A stretch of DNA of 64,000 nt from Candidatus Bathyarchaeota archaeon. GTDB taxonomy: Archaea; Thermoproteota; Bathyarchaeia; Bathyarchaeales; Bathycorpusculaceae. This document shows, piece after piece, positions 58,963 to 64,000 of the stretch (position 1 is its first letter; each line of letters starts with the position of its first letter). Made by a program: the position numbers and the translations under genes. The notes below the pieces were generated by a model. The model ran no database searches, was not told the DNA's origin, and saw nothing but the letters and a program-made list of their open reading frames with translations. The stretch is from NCBI GenBank assembly GCA_963833575.1, contig CAWHXY010000006.1, forward strand, positions 224,001 to 288,000. The letters are read 5' to 3'.

Positions 58963-59799
58963 TTAGCTTACTTGTAGTTCTTGTATGAAGGTTCCGTGCC
59001 ATGTGTGGACCCAGACTTGTCCGCTGTAGCCGTTTATGCTTAACATGCCATAGGTCGTTGTTCCATTGAGGACTTCGATGGTGTAGTATCCGTAGAATGT
59101 TGTAACGTCGCCGGTTGTGGTTCCTGGTAGGTATGTGTTTAGGTATTGCTGTGCATCAGTTGTTGCTTGGACTGTTGTAACGGTCATGGTGGTTGTTGGG
59201 GTGCCAAAGATTCCGCCAAGGATTCCGCTGCGCATCATACCATATTTGGTGTTCCACATCATGTTAGGACCCATCTCAGGATAGATGCTTCCGGTGTACT
59301 TGTTGATTAAGAGCTCAAATGCTCCGTTGCCACTGCTTTTCTCGTTAACTTGAACATAGAAGTTGGCACTGTATTCCTCAACTTGCTTAACGACCAAGTC
59401 GGGGTTGCCGATCGAAGACACATAGTTTTGGGCTATGGTTACTGCGTTGTTAATGCTTAGCGGTGATCCACTGTTTGTGTAGGGTGCAGTGTATCCGTAG
59501 TTGCCCATCATTCCTCTAAAGCCGTTGCCATTGCCTAGTCCGCCCATCATGCCTCCTCCAAACATAAAGGGATAAACAGGCTGATAGTACTGAGAGGATG
59601 GCGTTGGGGCAGTTGCTCCAGGCTGGGTTGTATATGGTGGATTGTTATATCCATAGCCAGTTCCGTAGCCGCCACCCATCATGCCACCATAGCCGCCGTA
59701 TTGGCCTCCCATCATGCCCATAGCAAATACGGAAGTAGTTAACAATGCAGCAGCAACCACTGCAATACTAACCAAAGTTATTATTTTCCAATTTTTCAT
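58963..59799 (-). CDS. Secreted Gly/Met-rich protein with PepSY-like repeats
   Basis: Signal peptide; repeated GMMGG; PEMGPNMMWNTKYGMM; C-terminal HTWHG. Confidence 0.8.
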   Translation of the reverse strand: MKNWKIITLVSIAVVAAALLTTSVFAMGMMGGQYGGYGGMMGGGYGTGYGYNNPPYTTQPGATAPTPSSQYYQPVYPFMFGGGMMGGLGNGNGFRGMMGNYGYTAPYTNSGSPLSINNAVTIAQNYVSSIGNPDLVVKQVEEYSANFYVQVNEKSSGNGAFELLINKYTGSIYPEMGPNMMWNTKYGMMRSGILGGIFGTPTTTMTVTTVQATTDAQQYLNTYLPGTTTGDVTTFYGYYTIEVLNGTTTYGMLSINGYSGQVWVHTWHGTFIQELQVS

Positions 59800-59865
59800 T
59801 TTTGTTTTACCTCACGTTTGTTTTATTATGATATGCTAATGTCTTGGAGCGATAAGATAGTTCGC

Positions 59866-59895
59866 TGAAACAGACGTGAAACAGTTTTGAAACAA
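59866..59895. promoter_or_regulatory. Three TGAAACA direct repeats at 11-bp period
   Basis: Copies start at 59866, 59877 and 59888, just upstream of the Met-rich gene promoter. Confidence 0.55.
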
Positions 59896-60073
59896 CTGCC
59901 AGCACGGCTATTCTCCAACACATAATTATATTATAATATTAATATATCCTGCTTATAGGTCTTGCTTAGACATACCCAACAAAAACGAGCGAAAAGGTTA
60001 GAAAAAAACTAATCACCAAAGTCTACTAGGCTATTTATGGCTATACAGATTTAAGACTTATCTTGAAAAATAT

Positions 60074-60676
60074 TTAAGGCGAATTTGTCCACACGGGCGT
60101 TACAGTCCAATTCCCAGAAAGAGTGCCTTCGTGAAAAATGCTTATAACAGCTGTAACAGTTTGATTACTACCTAAATTCACACGTTGTATTAGATAATCG
60201 CCATAATCTTCTGAAAGAAGACTTTTAGTTTGGTCATCAGCCCCGAACATTCCGCCATCCAAAGGAACAGTCATGTTTATTTCTAATGTACCTTGAGCAT
60301 CATAAGCCACTACTTTTAATCCTGAGTTATACGCTACACTTACTCCAGTATTGCTCACAGAACCCCATATGTAAAGATAATAAAATGTTTTGACAGATGT
60401 GCCGTCAAATTCAAATTCAGCTTTAGGTTTTACTGGTAGACCATATTGAATATCCTTTATTCCTAATGCAGTTACAAGATTTGCCGTTGTTAAATTCTTT
60501 ATTTGGCTTTTAAGGTTTGAAATTTGGCTGTTTAGATTTGCTATTTCATCGTTTAGCAAAGCTATTTTAGAGTTTTTCTCTTTCACTACGCCGTTATAAT
60601 ACAAAAGTGTTCCAGCAATAGCGCTTACAAAAAGTATAACAATTAACAAAACTGAGACTATTATTTTCTTATTCAT
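60074..60676 (-). CDS. Membrane-anchored protein with coiled-coil stalk
   Basis: N-terminal TM helix, heptad repeat, beta-rich C-terminal domain; start at MNKKII. Confidence 0.75.
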   Translation of the reverse strand: MNKKIIVSVLLIVILFVSAIAGTLLYYNGVVKEKNSKIALLNDEIANLNSQISNLKSQIKNLTTANLVTALGIKDIQYGLPVKPKAEFEFDGTSVKTFYYLYIWGSVSNTGVSVAYNSGLKVVAYDAQGTLEINMTVPLDGGMFGADDQTKSLLSEDYGDYLIQRVNLGSNQTVTAVISIFHEGTLSGNWTVTPVWTNSP

Positions 60677-60693
60677 TAAATCTCGCCATTTCT

Positions 60694-61608
60694 TCAAGGT
60701 TGCCCGCTTGCTCTTGGATTTCGACACCAAAGTTTTGCTGCAAGGAAGAATAAAGAGATAAACAACGGCAAAATTGCTAAGGCTGGAAACTCTGGAATTG
60801 AATGGGAGGGGTTGATAGTCGAGGATGGACTTGATTGGGGAGTACCAAAATTCGGAATTGAGATGGGTTTCACTAATGGGTGGTTATCTTGAAGCGCGCC
60901 AGTTTCTGCACCATTAGTGTACATGCCAATCTTGTATGGCGTGCTGCCGATTCCTGATGAGTCTATTTCAATAGCATTCGGATATCTTGTCAAGTAGTCA
61001 CTCCAGTAATTTCTGTCAACTGTTTCGTTTCCAACTAATTGTAACAAAATACCACCTAAGAGATTGTTTTCAGTAATAATATTGCCGTTCGATAGCTCTA
61101 TGCCGATTGCCCATGGTGTTCCGCTAATGGTGCAATGAGTGATGTTGTTCCCACCGCTGTTCCAATACAGAAGAATGCCGCCCTGGACATCATTTGTGGT
61201 GTTACCTATGAAGTCATAATAGAAAGTGTTTCCGCTGCTTCCATGAGCATTTATGCTGAAATTGAAATTCATGATTCTCAAATTCTCAACTGTAACGTTA
61301 TGAATCTCATTTGGAGATGGATATTCAGTAAGGTTGTTTGTCAGGTCTATTCCTGTGCCTCCATGCCCTCCAAGCGTGTAGCCTGCACCATTAATTATGA
61401 TGTTACTTTTTTGAACAGCTATACTTCCTGAAATATTACCAGTTAAAACATAGAGATCTCCGCTGCGTTGAATATTATTTGTTCCAACAACAGCTCCGTC
61501 AGCGGTGATGTAAATGTCTGTAGACTGTGCCTTAACGCAAGCTGTATTAGCCATAAATGAACCTAACAAAACAATCAGAAAACACAGCGTAGTGACGCAC
61601 TTTTTCAT
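60694..61608 (-). CDS. Right-handed beta-helix (NosD/CASH-like) surface protein with PEF-CTERM-like signal
   Basis: IYITADG, NYWSDYLTRYPNA, DNHPL, IPEFP followed by TM helix. Confidence 0.8.
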   Translation of the reverse strand: MKKCVTTLCFLIVLLGSFMANTACVKAQSTDIYITADGAVVGTNNIQRSGDLYVLTGNISGSIAVQKSNIIINGAGYTLGGHGGTGIDLTNNLTEYPSPNEIHNVTVENLRIMNFNFSINAHGSSGNTFYYDFIGNTTNDVQGGILLYWNSGGNNITHCTISGTPWAIGIELSNGNIITENNLLGGILLQLVGNETVDRNYWSDYLTRYPNAIEIDSSGIGSTPYKIGMYTNGAETGALQDNHPLVKPISIPNFGTPQSSPSSTINPSHSIPEFPALAILPLFISLFFLAAKLWCRNPRASGQP

Positions 61609-61769
61609 GTTTCCACTCCACTTTAATAATTATGCAAGAAGTATATTGCTCTCCCCAAAGAACAGAGTGTTCCGCAAGAAGAACAGTCTTTTATCTGGAC
61701 TGAGCATTAAAAGCAATGTGTGGATTAGATTTTTATCCAATCAGAGACTTACTTGATAAGGAATTGATA

Positions 61770-62249
61770 ATGGAAAAGAAAGAAAATGAACATCAAAGGA
61801 TAAGGCAACTGGGAAAGGATGAAAAAATCCCATATGATTTGTTATTAATTGCGGATGAGACACTTGAAGCCATAGGCAAATACATTTTTGGCTCTGACAT
61901 ATATGTTCTGGAACAAGAAAATAAAATTATTGCCATATATGTACTTCAATCAATAAACAAAAATGAGATTGAAATAAAAAATATAGCAGTCGTTAGAGAT
62001 TGTCAAGGAAAAGGAATAGGTAAATTATTGTTAAGAGATGCTGCCTTTAGGGCAAAGAGAAAGGGATTCAAAACAATTATTATAGGGACAGGAGACGCTG
62101 CTATTAAACAATTGTATCTATATCAAAAAGAAGGATTTGAAGTGTTTGATATCAAAAAAAGCTTTTTTATTAATAATTATCCAGAGCCCATTTATGAAAA
62201 TGGAATACAATTAAAACATATGATAATGCTGAAAAAAGAATTAATATAG
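61770..62249 (+). CDS. GNAT N-acetyltransferase
   Basis: YDLLLIAD, EIKNIAV, QGKGIGK, LYQKEGF; visibly AT-rich. Confidence 0.9.
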   Translation: MEKKENEHQRIRQLGKDEKIPYDLLLIADETLEAIGKYIFGSDIYVLEQENKIIAIYVLQSINKNEIEIKNIAVVRDCQGKGIGKLLLRDAAFRAKRKGFKTIIIGTGDAAIKQLYLYQKEGFEVFDIKKSFFINNYPEPIYENGIQLKHMIMLKKELI

Positions 62250-62614
62250 AAAGACAAACATGACGAACATAACGAATTAAATGAAATATAAACCCTATAT
62301 TTTATGACGGATATAACGAACATCACAAACGTAATTCGCTATATATAATCAATGCGTAAGATTAGCAAGTACCTCTACCTTTTTCTCTTACCTGATATGT
62401 TACTTCTGAATGCATTCTCTTTTGGGTTTGACCACTGAGTAGACCCTACTGAGTTGTCCAATACTGCACAATTTATAGTCGTAGAATGAGAGGTGCATTA
62501 AATTTTAGTCTAACTATTAGACATTCTGTTGTAATTAGTCCGCTGAGTGCATTTTGCATAAAATGGCGGCTGTTTTTGAAAGTTTGATTGACTAATGATT
62601 TTTCTCAAAATTGC

Positions 62615-63418
62615 TTATTGGACAGCCCAAACATTTGAACTAGCAAGTTGCCAAGTGATGGTTATTTCAATCTCAGGGTTGGTATAGAATTGAATATTAG
62701 TTAATGAGTCGAGCATTCCGGTTTGTTTATCAAAATAGACACCTAAATAATCCTCACGCATCGTGTTGCCTGTTGGGTCGTTTGGATCAACAAACTGTTT
62801 TTCAGTAGACCAAAAGTTTCTTGTTCTGGTGGATGCTGCGAATTTTTGAGTATCTGTGCTATTAACGATGAGTTTGTCAGATCCATTAGGATGAAGCAGG
62901 TCATTGACATTGAGGTTAGGAGTATAAATAGCCCAAAAACCGTTTGGGTCACTTACTATTCCATCCGATAAATCAATTATTTGTGAACTTGCAACTTGAG
63001 TTCCATTTAAAAATTGCCATAACGAATTAAGTGAAACATGTGTGCCATTGATTCCAGTAATAGTAACTTTGTAGTAGTCTGTATCATTTTCCTGTGAGAG
63101 ATATGCTGGAGTTACCACATCAGTACTGCCTAAAACTGACGAACCTGTCAGTTTGTAAGTAAATGTGTCACCTACAGTGAGGTTGTTTCCAGACAGGCTA
63201 AATGGTGTAGACGTTGGGGATGTTGGTGTGTTGGGTGAAACATTTTTGAAAAGACCGCTGGAGAAACCCGCTGCTACAGCGATTAACATTATCACTATCA
63301 CCGCTCCAACAATCCAAATATGTCTGCTCAAATCTAATCTTTCCTTAGTGTTATCCTTTTGTTTTGCATTTGGATTTAAGATTTGTGTGTGTGCACTAAA
63401 TTTTAATGCGCACCGCAT
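62615..63418 (-). CDS. Membrane-anchored or secreted hypothetical protein
   Basis: N-terminal TM helix, P/T linker, YFDKQTGML motif shared with 57514-58290; real start probably TTG 63331. Confidence 0.75.
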   Translation of the reverse strand: MRCALKFSAHTQILNPNAKQKDNTKERLDLSRHIWIVGAVIVIMLIAVAAGFSSGLFKNVSPNTPTSPTSTPFSLSGNNLTVGDTFTYKLTGSSVLGSTDVVTPAYLSQENDTDYYKVTITGINGTHVSLNSLWQFLNGTQVASSQIIDLSDGIVSDPNGFWAIYTPNLNVNDLLHPNGSDKLIVNSTDTQKFAASTRTRNFWSTEKQFVDPNDPTGNTMREDYLGVYFDKQTGMLDSLTNIQFYTNPEIEITITWQLASSNVWAVQ

Positions 63419-63543
63419 TAGATAACCGATTTTCTTGGGGGGGGGGAAACCACAAATCAGACTAAGCCTTTTATTTATGTCGTGTCCGATGGGATTCGTT
63501 TAATATTTTAAGTAAATCTATTTTTCTTGTGAAAAGTGTGAAA

Positions 63544-63566
63544 CGGAGCCGCTGGGACTCGAACCC
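63544..63566 (-). repeat. tRNA 3'-end fragment (T-loop plus acceptor strand), att-like
   Basis: Minus strand GGGTTCGAGTCCCAGCGGCTCCG with no matching 5' tRNA half. Confidence 0.55.
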
Positions 63567-63657
63567 TAAGGGGCGAATATATACTTTCCAGCCTATTCTT
63601 CACTTGATCCCTATTTTATATATTGAATCATGTTTATGATGTCGTGGAGGCTACAAA

Positions 63658-64000
63658 GTGCAAAAGAGAACCGCAACGACCAAGAGAAATTTTGAGCAAG
63701 ACATAAAAGACTTTGTCAAAGTTGCAAAAAGATTAGGCGTGCTCGATGCCAAAGCGATGAATACCAAAAACATTGTTGTCAAGGATTGGGTAAGACTCAA
63801 GTGCCAATATGGTTGCGGAGGATTCGGAAAATCCTTGACTTGTCCGCCTTACAGTCCTACACCAGAAAAGATGAGGCAGATTTTGACAAGTTACTCAAAT
63901 GCTATTCTAATGAAACTGCCAGATGAATCGGTGGCGACGCATGACGTGATTGCCAAATTGGAGAGACACATCTTTTTGGCAGGGTATCATTCTGCATTTG
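63658..64000 (+). CDS. DUF2284 family metal-binding protein (partial)
   Basis: GTG after GGAGG; WVRLKCQYGCGGFGKSLTCPPYSP. Confidence 0.85.
   Translation, partial: MQKRTATTKRNFEQDIKDFVKVAKRLGVLDAKAMNTKNIVVKDWVRLKCQYGCGGFGKSLTCPPYSPTPEKMRQILTSYSNAILMKLPDESVATHDVIAKLERHIFLAGYHSAF

Noticed and set aside
63437-63446. G10 homopolymer as a phase-variation switch
   Set aside because: Intergenic and apparently upstream of the likely TATA box; no evidence of length variation from one sequence

Overview
Archaeal chromosomal window of a TACK-type organism, most likely Bathyarchaeia. The evidence is an unsplit RpoB, fused RpoA, CdvA/B/C ESCRT operon, PEF-CTERM surface proteins and a multi-intron tRNA. 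The left ~47 kb is mostly core: radical SAM enzymes, a four-gene Cdv operon, Lhr, XPB-Bax1, moaABC, cdc6, pdaD, nucS and rpoB-rpoA-rpl30e-nusA. After tRNA-Leu(CAA) at ~47 kb comes an accessory region of small regulators, an ABC exporter, membrane and secreted proteins and tRNA 3' fragments. Best leads: (1) a translationally coupled operon encoding a short, apparently hinge-less Smc5/6-like ATPase, an Nse4/ScpA-like kleisin and an Nse1/Nse3-like kite protein; (2) an MraZ-like tandem-AbrB gene preceded by ten GTA motifs phased at ~10 bp; (3) small elements missing from the ORF track: a K-turn/C-D box RNA, a triple-hairpin array, a 50-aa Cys-rich protein in an ArsR metal locus and a 39-aa C2H2 finger. 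All family assignments come from recognising motifs by eye; no database search was run.
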